Below, piece after piece: positions 24,451 through 37,832 of a stretch of 64,000 nucleotides of DNA. The position numbers and the translations under genes are program-made. This DNA is from Mobula hypostoma (Eukaryota). Positions within the stretch are counted from its first letter, which is position 1, and every line of letters begins with the position of its first letter. The stretch covers positions 130,574,001 through 130,638,000 of the forward strand of contig NC_086097.1 of NCBI RefSeq assembly GCF_963921235.1, given 5' to 3'. Below the pieces are notes generated by a model. The model saw nothing but the letters and a program-made list of their open reading frames with translations, did not search any database and had not been told where the DNA came from.

Positions 24451-27400
24451 AGATGAGGTTACAATCAGATTAACGTAAACTTAGTAAATGGCAGGGAAGA
24501 CTTAGGAGGGCCAATTGGTCTACTTCTAGCCTGAATTTGTGTACTTATATGAAGGGAAACATCTAGTTATGTTCCCAGTGAATGCCAGCTGAAATAGAAA
24601 GATTTTTGGTGAGTTAAGGGCTGGGTACAACTGGAAAAGTGGTGGCGGTGAGGCTAAGCTCAGATCAGCCATTTTCTTACACAATGGGAGTATCAGACTT
24701 GAGAACCTGTAAGGCCCGATTTCTCCTATTTCTTCTGCAGTTGTTCTTAAACAATGGTACTTCCTGCTGTTGTTAAGGGTGCAGATTCTACATTCAAAGC
24801 CATATGCAGTGATGTGGCTCCCAGCAGCTGCATGCTGTCAGTTTTTGTTTTGGTAAACCACATACTTAAAATTCACAGGAAAGTCTTTGGTTATGTCTGC
24901 ACAGAGGCAGAATCACTTTATTTCTGCCCTCCATCTGGGACTCTGCACACCGCAGCTTCACAACTGTAAATTCCTAGCAGTTCAAAAGAAAAAGAGTTGA
25001 CAAGTCTTCGGCCAGTTACACAGAATGCGCTTACACGCGAGTAATCTTGCAATGTTCACCACTTCTGAAACGTGGCTCCAATGAAGGCCTACTGAAATGG
25101 GTGTTGGGAAGAGTACAGTGTGTATCTGTTATTACCTTGTACAAGCAAACAAGGCTGAATTCCTAACTCAGATTACTAAAATTCATGCTGAGGATTGTGT
25201 GAGGATTGTGTGAGTTTTGTTTCCTTGCAACCCTTAAACTCATTTTTTTCTATGCATGGCGATTAAAAAAAAAGTAACTACAAGCGAAACTGCAAATTAT
25301 AGAGATCAGTAAGGTTTATGAATGCATAAGGCTTTGCCTGACTTCAGGATTGTCCGGCAATATTATGTCGCATAAAACTCAATGAATGGGTGTACTGTCC
25401 TAATAACAAATCAACAAAAAGGGACAAATTACCACACTCTTTCATTAAAAAACACTTAACTGTATGCCACATTATTCTTTTAATGAAATGCCTTAGACAA
25501 CAATGTTTTGTTAAGGATGGCTGTTGATAATGTGTCATAGCAATGAGCTAATCAACATTGGGAGGGATAATGATGGAGGGGACTAGGTGATGCAGAGGTG
25601 GGGAATTGGCTATGTCCCATCAGTAGACAATGACTCACATCTTTGTGTGTACATTGGGTAATGGAATGTGACTAGACATGATGATCTGCAGTTGTGGAAT
25701 CTTCTACACAGCATTGTTTAATGTATAATACAAATGGATGTTACTATATTTAGGAATGTGTTCAAGGCTAAGTAACCCATTTTGGATCAATGGATAAATA
25801 TTTAACAAGGTAATTTTCTTACACTCTTTGAATAGCATCATGGTCCTTACAGGAGGAAGGTGAGATCACAGGGGAAGTAGGAGCCATGATCAATGGCTAC
25901 CAGCCACCGAGAAATTAAGAGCAGATAACTGTAAAAGTAGGAGTAACACCACAAGTCTACCCCATCGTTCAAGTCAACCTGTCTGTCTCGGCCTCAACTC
26001 CTGTTGTGTGCTAACTCCGCATAGGCTTTTAATTCCACAATGTTCCAAATAGTAAGTACTTCCTCTTTAAATATTTCCAGAAATCTTGTCTCCACACCCC
26101 TCTGGGGTAGAAAAATCAGAAATATACCACCCACTTTGAGACGTTTTAAATGACTACTCCATTTATCTGGTAACTAAGTGTCCGTATTCAAGACTCTCCC
26201 ACTACAAAAACTTCTCAATTCTCACATCCCTGATCGTATTTATTTCAGGAAGTCAGCCCTTATTCCTTTAAACATCAAAGATACAACTTTTTTTTAGCCA
26301 CCTGCGGTAGGACAACTGTCCTATCTCATAAACTAGCCCTGACTGCCTCCAAAAGAACCAACACCATGGACAGTACTCCAGGTGTGGTTTCACCAGTGCA
26401 AACAATCCTATTTCTAAAACATATCTATTTCTAAACACCTACCCTCTTGCAATAAAGGCCAATATGTCAGTTCTGATTCTAACTACGTGCTGCAAAAAGT
26501 ACAAACAAGGGAAGCTTAGGGTTGGGAGCTGGTTTGATCCCCTGTGACAAAGTCTTGTGCAACAACAGAGCCTTCCACAATGCAATGGGTTCATGTCTGG
26601 GCAGTGGTGGGGAAGGCAAAATATGCTCCACCCACAAGAGAGCTTTAGAAAAGGCTTGCAGCTAGCTGAGCGATGCCCGTCTGGTATTAGGTGAACCTGC
26701 AAAATCTCTCCATTTAAAATCATCTAGGCCATGCCACCTTCTTGCAGACACCATCAGGCAGGAGTTAAAGATGCCTAAGCCGCATAGCATCAGGGTCAAA
26801 AAACAATGATCCTTCAACAATCCAGTTCTTGAACCAACTTGTACAACCCTAATTCATCATCTCCTTACAGCTACATTATAACCACCTTGCACTTCTCTCC
26901 TTTTTTTTCTACTTGTGTTCTTTCTTGTAAAATCTGCACAAAATTTATGCTTAATTTATATTTCCTTGTAAATGCTGCCTATCTAATGCTACGTGCCTCT
27001 GATGCTGCTGCATCTGGGTTTTTCACTGCACCTGTGCATAACGTGTGCTATAACAATAAAGCTGCTTTTGACTTTGCAAATCTTAAAGCAAAGATGAAAA
27101 ATCCTTAAGCACAGAACAGCTGAACATATGAACTAATAATTATCACAGCGCGTAACAGACATTCACCCCTGTTGTAAGGGACAGGGCAACATTCTATCTG
27201 TTATGTTGTCACCGGCTACTCCAGCAGATTCTCCATTATAACCGATGGGCAGATCATAAGTTTGCATTCACCTTATTTTCTCTATCCGAATTGAAGATCA
27301 AAGCCCATCTAAAATTGCAGCAAATCACTTGGATTGGAAATCCGCATTGGCTCCCAGTTACCAAAATCCAGACCAGTACCATTTCAATACTGGTCTTGCA

Positions 27401-29119
27401 TTATCATGTGAATTTGATAAACAGTTGTAATTTATCACCTCTTTAAAAGTGCCATAGGAAAGATAACTAAAGATGTTAATCTATGGCTTGAGACACAAAG
27501 TACAAATGGAAATAGAGATCAGACAGATTCTATAACAAAGACTAACCCAAACCACACTAGGACTCAAATAGGTTGACTACTTTAAGTCTTGGACTGTTTT
27601 GTGATCCCTGTCTAAAAGCCTACTGCTAGTCCCCACCATTCAGGACTTCTGTCAGAGGTGAAGTCTCAGAAAGGCTATATTTATCATCAAGGACCCCCAC
27701 CACCCAGGCCACAGCCTCACTCAATGTTGGATTCAGGGTATAGGTATAGGAACCTGAAGACCCCGACCTCAAGGTTCAACAACAGCTTCTTCCCAACTGC
27801 CAACAGGTTCTTGAATTAACCTGAAAAACCCTAACACTAACTTGGACTATATTTCTTTCTCCCTCTCTCAATGTACTAATATCATAACATTTATTTTGCC
27901 ATGTAGATTATGCATAATTTATGTTAATTTAAGTTTATTGAACATATGTTATGTTTGTAATAAACCATGCTGCTACTGCAAAAAGCTAATTTTCATGGTA
28001 TTTATCCCCTGTGTATGACAGTAAACTTAAACTTTGGTAGTCTATGAAATATGCAGTGCAAGTCTGTAACTGCGTTTTAATTTCTGAGTTAAAAGAAATT
28101 TTGACCCAATTAATCTAAAGTACTTGCAATTTACTGGGAAAATACTTCTTTAGGTTCACAAGCAAAGGGAATACACCCACTTACTTCCTCTTGAGTTGCA
28201 TTCTGGTTTTTGAATGTGCTAATAGAACTTGTGGCTACAACACTGTGGCTGCTTCGCTTGCCTTGTTCAACAGCTTACTTCTCAACCACCCTGAATGTCT
28301 TGTGAAGTATCATACAAAGAAGACAGTTCTGTGTATAAAATTGATCAACAGACAATGATTATACAATTTATGATCCAATATAATAACGCAGATCTTCTGT
28401 TTGAAAATCTGCCAAGATGCTGGCTGTTGAATAATTTACCGAGCAAAATTTCAGGGCTCCTGAACCTTCCATTTCTATAGGTGCTGACCCCAAAACATGT
28501 TCCTAATTCTACTGGGACTCCTTATGGAGTCTGTGAGAGCAGTTCAGATCACCTCAGATGTTCCTGCTCTCAAACCACTGAACTTTATCAGATTAACAGC
28601 GGAAACATTAAGTAGTTTTTTTTATATCTGATTTTACTCGGATTTTTAAAGTTTAAATATATATTAAGTTAATGCCTTGTCACTTTTATTTTAGTAAAAG
28701 TCAAAGACTTGCATAATACTTTGATGTCACTGATGGTGTAGACAAGGGTCAGGTTCTCATTGGCTGACAAAGCCATTCAGAGAGTGCAGCTCGTCACGCA
28801 CTCAGAGAGGGCATGATCTGCAGAGCATCACCAGTTACCTGGGAGCCGACTTCCACAGCAAGACTGCATCTGGAGTCAGACTGAAAGACAACTGGTAACA
28901 GTGGGCAATTCGTCTGTCAGTAGGAACTTTAGCCTCACCTCTTCTAAGCAAAAATCAGAGAACGAAGGAATGCAGACATTCCTAGATGTAAATGGTGATT
29001 TATCGCACAGTAATTTTATTCAGCCTTGAACCCTAGGGTCAACGGTCAAGACAGACATAGATGAAGAGACCCCTATCTACTGAATAAATGATATTGCTAC
29101 TTCCATTCCCAAAATGGCT

Positions 29120-29575
29120 TACAAGGCTGCTGCCAGGACTCAGTGGCCTGAGTTATAGAGAGGCTAGGCAGAACAGGACTTTATAGCTTAGAATCTAGGA
29201 GATTGAGGGATAAAGTTATAGAGATGTACAAAAACTATGAGGAAAACAAATAAGGTGAATGCACATGGTCTTTATCCAGAGAAAGGTAAATAAAAACTAG
29301 AGGGCATAGGTTTAAGATGAGAGGTGAAAAGTTTAAAAGGAACCTGAGGGACCTCTTCCTCATGTAGCAAGTGGTGTGTCTATGTTGTGAGATGCTGGAG
29401 AAAGTGGCTGAGGCAGGAACAATAGCAACACTCAGAGAACATTTGGACAGGTACGTGGATAGGAAAGATTTCATGGAATATGGGCCCAGTGTGGGTAAAT
29501 ATGACTTGTTTAGCGGGAAAAAGGTCAGCACGGACAAGTTGGGCTGAAGGGCCTGTTCCTGTGTTATATGACTTT
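29120..29575 (+). mobile_element. CR1 3' fragment (degenerate)
   Basis: aaactagagggcataggtttaagatgagagg...gggctgaagggcctgttcctgtg. Confidence 0.7.
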
Positions 29576-31774
29576 GTGGTGTTTAAAGAAAATGTAGTTG
29601 CTGTCTATGTTCTGACCAAGGCAATATACAAATATTTGTCACAGGAAGTGCAACTATTAAACACTTAACACTGATCACTGGCAATTTAACTTCATGCCTT
29701 CTTTCCTCTCTACACCATTTCCCCATCTCCAGCAACCCCAGTCTTTAATGATTCACTTTTTCTTGTAAAAGCTCTCTCTGCTGTCTAAGATATGTGATCT
29801 CACATGTATTTACCTTCTGTAAGGAAGGAAAGATGTTTCATGACTGATTCTAACTTTTCATTCCAGATTTATTTAAATACAAGTTCCTCAACTGGGATTC
29901 ACACTCATGGCTCCAGATCACTGGTCAAGTTGCCTGACTATCACAATACCACAGTCAATAGTTCTGGCTAACTGGTTCTCGGAGCCCAAGAGCCATAGTA
30001 GACCAATGGGGGACAAGCTCCATTGTCAACTTTGCCTTAACCAAATAGATGCCATCTCTCCAAAAAGCGGTGCCTGTATTAATACAAATTTGTTGCATTT
30101 GAATGCAATTTAATCACTCACTTTTTCGCTGCGTATGGTAGTCTAAAATGAAAAGACACGTTTAATGTGAGAAGGAAGAGATTTAAAAGGGACTTGAGGG
30201 GAAATTTCTCCACACAGAGGGTGTTGAATATATGAAAATGAGCTGCCAGAGGGAGCTGTAGAAGTGAGTACAATTGTCACAGGAAAGCAGCATCCATCAT
30301 CAAGAGCCTCCAAAATCCTGACTATGCTCTCTTCTTACTGCTGCTATTTGGAAGGAGGTACAGGAGCCTCAGGAATCACACCAAGTTTACAAACAGTTAT
30401 TACCCCTCAATAATCAGGCTCTTGAACCAAAGGAGATAACTTCACTCAACTCATCACTGAACTGTTCCCACAACCTATAGACTCACTTTCAAGCTCTTCA
30501 TCTCATGTTCTCAATATTTATTGCTTTTTTTTTTCCCTTTTGTATTTGTTCATCTTGTTGTCTGTGGTCAGCAAAATCCTTTTGCTCCTGGATCTCGAGA
30601 ACCTTATGCTGCTACGTCAACCTTTCTGGCTGCCGAGAGAATTCACGTCTGTTATTATTACAGCTGTGTACATCCTACCACAGGCCGATGCCAACCTGGC
30701 TCTCAATGAACTTTGTGAAACCATCAATATCCATGAAACCACACACCCAGGGGCTGCTTTGATCATCACTGGAGACTTTAACCAAACGTCACTGACTAGA
30801 GCTTACCCGAAGTTCTGCCAACACATTGAGGTGAGCACACGGGGAGGAAGCATACTCGACCACTGCTACTCTCCCTTACGCAATACCTACAAACCACTTC
30901 TCCACCTCCCGCTTGGAAAGTCTGACCATTCCTACATCTTTCTCCTACCTGCCTACAAGTAAAAATTGAAGCAGGAAGCAGCCATAGTGCAAACTATCCA
31001 CTTCTGGTCCAATCAATCAGACTCGACGTTACAAGACTGCTTTGACAGCATCACCTGGGAGGTATTTTGAGCTGAGGACATCTCCGAAAATATGGAGGTG
31101 ATCACAAGCTTCATTCAGAAGTGCATTAAAGACATAGTTCCCCAAAAATTGGTCCGTGTCTATCCAAACCTTGGATAAATAGTTCAGTGCATGTTGCTCT
31201 CAGCGCAAGGATTAAAGCCTTTGCCTCCGGAGACCAACAGGAGCTCAAGAGATTTCATTGTGATTTACTTAGAGCCTTCAAAGTGGCAAAATGGCAACAC
31301 GGGGACAAAATCCAGTCACAACTCTGTGACCATGAGACACGCAGCATATAGCAAGGACTGCACACCATCACAGACTTCAAGAGGAAACGCAGCAGTATAG
31401 CCAACATTGCCGCCTCACTCCCGGACGAGCTAAATTTTTTTTACGCTCAATTTGAAGTTGATAGGACTGAACCCCTGAGGAGAGCTGCTGACGACACCTG
31501 CACCTTGGTCCTCTCCGAGGCTGAGGTATGTAGAACATTCCAATGTGTCAAAAGCCGCAAGGCAGCAGGACTGGACGGCATTCCAGGACCCTTCCTCAAA
31601 GTGCGTGCGGAACATCTGGCTGGTGTGCTTACGGATATTTTTAATCTCTTCCTCTCCCAGTGTGTAGTGCCCTCCTATTTCAAATCGCCCATCATTGTCC
31701 CTGTACCTAAGAAAACCAAGATAGCATGCCTGAACGACTGGTGCCCTGTTGCACTCATCTCAATTATAAGCAAA

Positions 31775-31955
31775 CAACAGGAATTCTGCAGATGCTGGAA
31801 ATTCAAGCAACACACATCAAAGTTGCTGGTGAACGCAGCAGGCCAAGCAGCATCTATAGGAAGAGGCGCAGTCGACGTTTCAGGCCGAGACCCTTCGTCA
31901 GGACTAGTCCTGACCAAGGGTCTCGGCCTGAAACGTCGACTGCGCCTCTTCCTAT
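31775..31955 (-). mobile_element. Penelope pLTR insertion with inverted 5' segment and 14-bp TSD
   Basis: CAATTATAAGCAAA at 31761-31774 and 31956-31969. Interrupts the Rex RT (ALISIISK|CFERL). Confidence 0.92.
31870..31905 (-). ncRNA. Minimal hammerhead ribozyme motif, intact core, sense to NFATC1 pre-mRNA
   Basis: AGUC-CUGACGA-agggucucggccu-GAAAC-GUC-GACU, identical to 47911-47946. Confidence 0.7.
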
Positions 31956-33759
31956 CAATTATAAGCAAATGCTTTTATAAGCAAGTGCTTTGAAAGGCTG
32001 GTTAAAGACTACATCTTCAGCATGCTACCAACCACAATGCATCTCCTACAATTCAACTAATGACGGAGCTGGTCTACCTATAATCTCATAGCCATAGCAC
32101 TAGACACTGTCCTCACTCACCTGGAGAAGAGGGATGCATATATTAGAATGCTGCTCCTGGACTACAGTTCAGCATTCAACACCATAATTCCCTCCAGATG
32201 TGACAGGGACCTTGGAGACCTTGGCCTGCACCCTGCCTTGTGCAGCTGGATCCTAGACTCTTTAATCGGATCACCGAGAGGTGGTAAGGATGGGCTCCCT
32301 CACCTCTGCCCCTCAACACAGTTGCTCCCCAAGGTTGTGTTCTGAGTCCCCTCCTCTACTCCCTGTACACCCACGACTGTGCTGCCACAGACAGATCCAA
32401 TCTGCTGATCAAATTCGCAGATGACATGGCTTTGATCGGTCTATTTCTAGCAGTAATGAGACAGCCTACAGTGGAGAGGTTGACACCTTGACACAGTGGT
32501 GCCAGGATAACAACCTCTCCCTCGATGCCCAAAAAACAAAAGAGCTGATTGTGGATTACAGGAGGAACGGAGACAGACTCGCCCCGATCAATGTCAATGG
32601 GTCTGCAGTTGAGAGGGCGAGTAGTTTCAAGTTCCTCAGTATACACATCACCAATGATCTCACCCGACTGTACACACTGGCTTTGTGGCAAAAAAAAGCA
32701 CAACAGCATCTCTTCCGCCTCAGGTGACTGAAGAAGTTCGGCATGGGCCCCCAGATCCTCAAGACCTTCTACAGATTCACCATTGAGAGCACACTGACTG
32801 GCTGTATCACCACCTGGAATGGGAACTGCACCAACCTCGATCGCTGGGCACTGCAGAGAGTGGTACAGACAGCCCAGAGCACCTGTGGATGTGAACTTCC
32901 CTCCATTGAGGACATTTCCAGCAGCAGGTGCAGAAAGAAGGTCTGGAAGATCATCGGGGACACCAGTCACCCCAACCGTACACTGTTTCGGCTGCTTCAA
33001 TTGGCAAACACCACCACAGCATTAAAGCCAGGACCAACAGGCTACAGGACAGCTTTTTTCTACAAGCCATTAGATTTTTAAATTCACATGCCTGTACATT
33101 GCAACAGAGTCATAACACAAAGATTCTTACTCCCTCATGTTGTGGGATGGATGTAAAATTTTAAATAAATTCTAAATTCTAATTCCTTGATTATATTCTC
33201 TTTCTTGTATTTACCATGAATACCCACAAGAAAATGAATCTTAGAGTTCTGTATGATGACATACATGCACTTTGATAATACATCTGAGCTTTGAGCAATG
33301 ACTATAAGACATTTAGGTAGGTTCAAGAATAGAAAAGATTGAGGAATGTGGACCAAACGTGGGCACTTAGGACTACCCTGGTCAACATGAACAAGCTGGG
33401 CCAAAAGACTGTTTTAATACTGTGTGATGTCCTACACAGCCATATATGTGACTCCAATCTCACACCCCAACATGTTTGATTCTAAACTGCACTGTAATGT
33501 TTAGCCAGCTGGTTGGTCCCACTAAACCACCAACCACTACCTTCCCGCAGCACATAAATCCAAGTGAACCTTACTGCACACCCACACCCTTGAGAAAAGA
33601 GTAACTGCAATTACACAGGGGCTTACAGCGGAACTGCGCTGCAGCGCATGTTGCAGAAGCAATGCAAGACACCTACTCCTAAACTAAGGAACCATTGTGC
33701 ATGCTGCAAGTATGGTTAGTATCTGTAAGAAACCAGTTGTATTAACGTAGCCTTTCAAC

Positions 33760-33919
33760 CTGCACGACTGGGTGTCCACTGCCAGATGCCTTTACAGCTC
33801 CACGACTGCCCTCTGTCTCGTAGTGTGCTCTGTGATGGGACTTGGGCTGTACTTCGATCTCCAGCTCATAGGGTCCTGAATGGGATGGCAACTGCCAGTC
33901 AAGGGCAGGCAAAGTCGAG
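33760..33919 (-). CDS. NFATC1: NFATC1 exon starting the Rel-homology DNA-binding domain, 160 nt
   Basis: Encodes [53 protein letters not shown], including the RAHYETEG recognition loop. The acceptor cttttgcttag|C completes AG+C (Ser) from the previous exon. Donor is CAG|GTTGAA. Confidence 0.96.
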
Positions 33920-35669
33920 CTAAGCAAAAGGAAACGTGTAATTTAGCAACATGCTTTAATCACACTCAGTATATGAACTTTGTGTCAACATAGGGTTACA
34001 TATTTCAGGTTTACATTTCTTTCAGAAATATCTAATCATAGATATGTGTCAATTTCAAATACTAATTTATTTTACTCTCCTGAAGAGCAAAGTTTTGGTC
34101 TATAGATCATGGCAATCAGTTTCACATTTAAATAAGATTTACAAAGCAGTTTTAACAACCACAGGGAGTTTACATTACATCAAGAATTGGCTTTCAATCA
34201 GGTGGTTTTTATTATAGTGTTACTTTGCATCATTAAGTAAAGGTAAAACCTTATCTCGGCTAAGTAATTCATTTCCTGTAGCCTAGATTTCTATCGCTCT
34301 CAATATGAATCTTGTCCTTGGCTTGATGCTTGAATATACATAACAAAGCTGATTTCTTCAAAAAAATTCCCAAACCATTTAAATTCGTGCAACAGGATAA
34401 TCAGTTAATGGTCCACAGAACTTTTGTATTGTATGTACAGCTTCTTAAAATAAACAAAAAAATGAGCAAATAAAAGAGTGAATCCACCATTGACATTTCC
34501 TCTCTCAATTCGTCTTATTTTGTGGTAATAATTTTTTTATTGGTTGGAAACTTACAAGAAATATGATTTTACTAGATTTATTTTCCAAGATATCAGCCAT
34601 CTTTAAGATAGATTGCGGCCATCATAATGTAAATTAATTTTACATTATCTGGAAATTAGTCAATTTTTTTGATTAAATTAAGATGAATGTAATTTTTCTA
34701 ATTTGACACAAAGTTAGTCATACGAAGGAAATTCAAGACTTTCATACAACTGCAGGAGTTGAATTTTTTTATTTTTAATAATTTTATTTACAATTTTCCT
34801 CCAAAGAATTACATTTAACTTGAGCTTATTTAAGCATTGCAAAATCGGACGGCAAAGCTCCCTTAACTAAATTTGGAGGTTGTTTCAAATGTTTTCTATG
34901 TCATACTCTTTATTTATCTCTAAATCGTGCTATAAAATATTTTGTCAAGTAAATTAAATGAGAAAATGCGCTTAAAAAAATCGACCATAAATACTTTTTA
35001 AGTCAAACATTTACAGAGCATAATGAATCTTCAACCATAAATTATTTTTGTCTCAAACTTTACATGTTCAATTTTAAAATAATTAATGAAAATTGAAAAT
35101 TTCATGGGAAATGAAACTTTTAACAAGATTGGGGGAGGAGTTTCATGAATTAGTCCTCAGTCACTTGCATGAAATATAATCAGCTGAGCATGTGCTTGCT
35201 TGGCCAGCAGTTCCACAGAGAACCATTTATTTCCTTCCCACAATCCAGCTTCCCTCTGCCATCTAACCTGGAGTTGCTACCGAGTCCAGAGTTGGAGAAG
35301 TCACTCACACACAAGAGACCTAACACATTTTGTATTCAGCTGTAAATTTTATGCCAGGGATAAGTAACATAAGGTTTGCGACTCCTTTTATTTCAGTGGT
35401 GGGGAATAGGTACTGGGAGTGTGCCATTGAATCATCTTACCAATTGAAGATATTTTTAATTTTTTAACAATTACTCATTATTTAAGCCAGTTTGAGTCAT
35501 TCTTTAATTATCTTTGGAGATATTTAAAAACAGTTTAAATGTCTTTGAAGGGGCATTCTCAGATAAGACCTCAGGGTCCACCATCTGGGGTCTAGTTGTT
35601 CCTCAGAATCTGTTCGACTCCAGAAGGACTCTCAGGTAAATGGAGTCAGCTCAGATAACCCTCCCTAAC

Positions 35670-36320
35670 AAGTTTAGAACAGTGAGAGGTGATCTCAAAG
35701 TGTACAATGCTCCTACACAGCTTGACAGGGCAAGTGCCAGGATGATTTTCTAAATGGGGAGAAAATCCAGGAATTTGAGATGCAGAGGGACATGGGAGTC
35801 CTTGTGCAGAACACCCTGAAGGCTGATTTGCAGGGTGGTGAGGAAGGCAAGTGCCACGTCAGCATTCATTTCAAGAGGTCTAGAAAGGATGTGATGCTGA
35901 GGCTTTATAAGGCAATAGTGTGGTCTCACCTTGAGTATTGTGAACAATTTTGGGCCCCTCATCTTAGAAAAGATGTGCTGGCATTAGAGAGTGTCAAGAG
36001 GAGATTCACAAGGATGATTCCAGGAGTAAGAGTTATCATATGAGGAACGTTAGATGGCTCTGGGTCTGTACTCACTCGAATTCAGAAGAATGAGGAGGGG
36101 ATCTCACTGAACCCTTTTCAAAGCAAAAGGTCCACCATTCAAGACTGAGATGGAAAGAAATTTCTTCAGTATGCAAGTAGTGTTCGGACTTCCTACCAAA
36201 GGGGCTGTTATGGGAAATGGGATTTGTGCAAAAGAGTGGCGAGTTAAAAGAACAGCTATGATCCCATTGAACAATGATGTAATGCTAATTCCTGTTTCTA
36301 TTTCTTATGCTCTTAAATTT
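35670..36320 (+). mobile_element. CR1 3' fragments
   Basis: Encodes QRDMGVLVQNTLK...HLEYCEQFWAPHLRKDVLALE. Confidence 0.8.
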
Positions 36321-37399
36321 AAGGCTGGCAGCAGAAAGTTCAGATGCAAGTCAACCTGATCTGACAGCAGTTGCAATTCCATAACTATTGTTAACTTCAG
36401 CCGCATTCAAGTCAATAGAACTCCTTTTCAGAAGTGGAAAATAAAATGCTTTCATTACTTTACTGAACACTTAACACATGATCAATTTTAACGCCTTCCT
36501 CTGTATAATAAAATGCAGGATATACCCATCAGTAGCACACTGAATCGGAATGATCCAAAGCGGTATCAATCATGAGTACAACCCTCCCTACCACTGAGAA
36601 CATCTACATGAGGAATTTGCCTCAAGAAGGTAGCAAATATCATCACGGGTGCAAGCAGGCTTTTTCCATTGAGGTTGGGTGAGATGACAACTACAGGTCA
36701 TGGGTTTAGGGGAACATGAGAGGAAACTTCTTCAGTCAAAAGGTGGTGAGAGCATGGGACAAGAGGTCAGAGGAAGTGGTGGACACAGGATCGATTTCAA
36801 TCTAACAGAAATTATTCAAGGCCAATGATTTCACTTTCAAGGATTCTTTATCTCATTATGTCATGTTCTCATTATTTATTGCTGTTTATTTATATTTGCA
36901 TTTGCTCTGTTTGTTGTCTTCTGCACTCTGGTTGATCTCTCACTGATCCTGTTATAGTTACTATTCCATAGATTTGCTGAGTATGCCCGCAGGAAAATGC
37001 ATCTCACGGTTGTGTATGGTGACATACAGTATATGTACTTTGATAATTAAATTTACTTTGAACTTTGAAATTTGGATAGGTACATGGATGGGAGGGGTAT
37101 GGAGGGCTATGGTCCAGGTGCAAGTCGACGGATTAATGGTTCAGCATGGACTAGATAGGCCGAAGGGCCTGCTTCTATGTTGTAGTGTGCTATGACTCAA
37201 TGATCTGCACCATGTGGGCCATGTCCTCTTCTTGCTGCTACCACTGTGCAGGAGGTACAGAAGCCTAAATTCCAACACCATCAGATTTCGGATCAACAAC
37301 TTTCCTAAACCTATCAGCATCTTAACCCTGCATAAGCCTAATCCTAGCTCAGCATCAGGGCAGTACAGACCACTTATTGCACTACCACAGGCATGTTTC

Positions 37400-37832
37400 T
37401 GATTGCTGGAGGAAGTCAGTAGATCAGGTAGCATTGATAGAAAGAAATGAACAGTAGATATTCCAGGCCAAGAACCTTCATCGGGACTGAAAAGAAAGAA
37501 GGCAGAAGCCGGAATAAAAGGGTGGAGGGATGGGAATGAGCACAAGCTGGCAGGTGGAGGGTGACCCAAGTGAGGAGGAGAAGGTAGTTAAGTGGGGAAG
37601 TGGGAATGATGTGAGAAGCTGGGAGGTGATATGCAGAAGAGGCAAGGAATAAACAAGATGTTTATCTGATAGGAGAGGACTGTAGACCATGGAATAAATG
37701 GATGGAGCTGGGGAACAAGAGGAAGAAAGGCATGAGTGATGGGCAAGTCATGAGGGAGGGGAAGGAGAATGAGAAGGAGGGAAATGATCAGCATTTTGGA
37801 TATGTTGCTCCAGATTTTCAGCATCTGCATTT
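37400..37832 (-). mobile_element. Penelope 3' UTR/pLTR fragment, degenerate
   Basis: Purine-rich plus strand. Minus strand reads cagtcccgatgaaggttcttggcctggaatatc (decayed hammerhead). Confidence 0.65.

Larger units (their letters stand above)
30564..33186 (+). mobile_element. Rex-Babar (Rex1-like) LINE, near-complete APE+RT, pseudogenised
   Basis: Motifs PFWLPREFTSVIITAVY...GDFN...LDHCY...SDH, LLDYSSAFNTI and WCQDNNLSLDAQKTKELIVDYR. Tail aaattctaaattctaattc. Confidence 0.92.

Noticed and set aside
1..33759. Next NFATC1 exon (LHGY...FIGTADDR...HAFYQVHRITGK)
   Set aside because: Not found in the ORF track or by eye in the non-repeat stretches. It is probably beyond the window start; tBLASTn would settle this.
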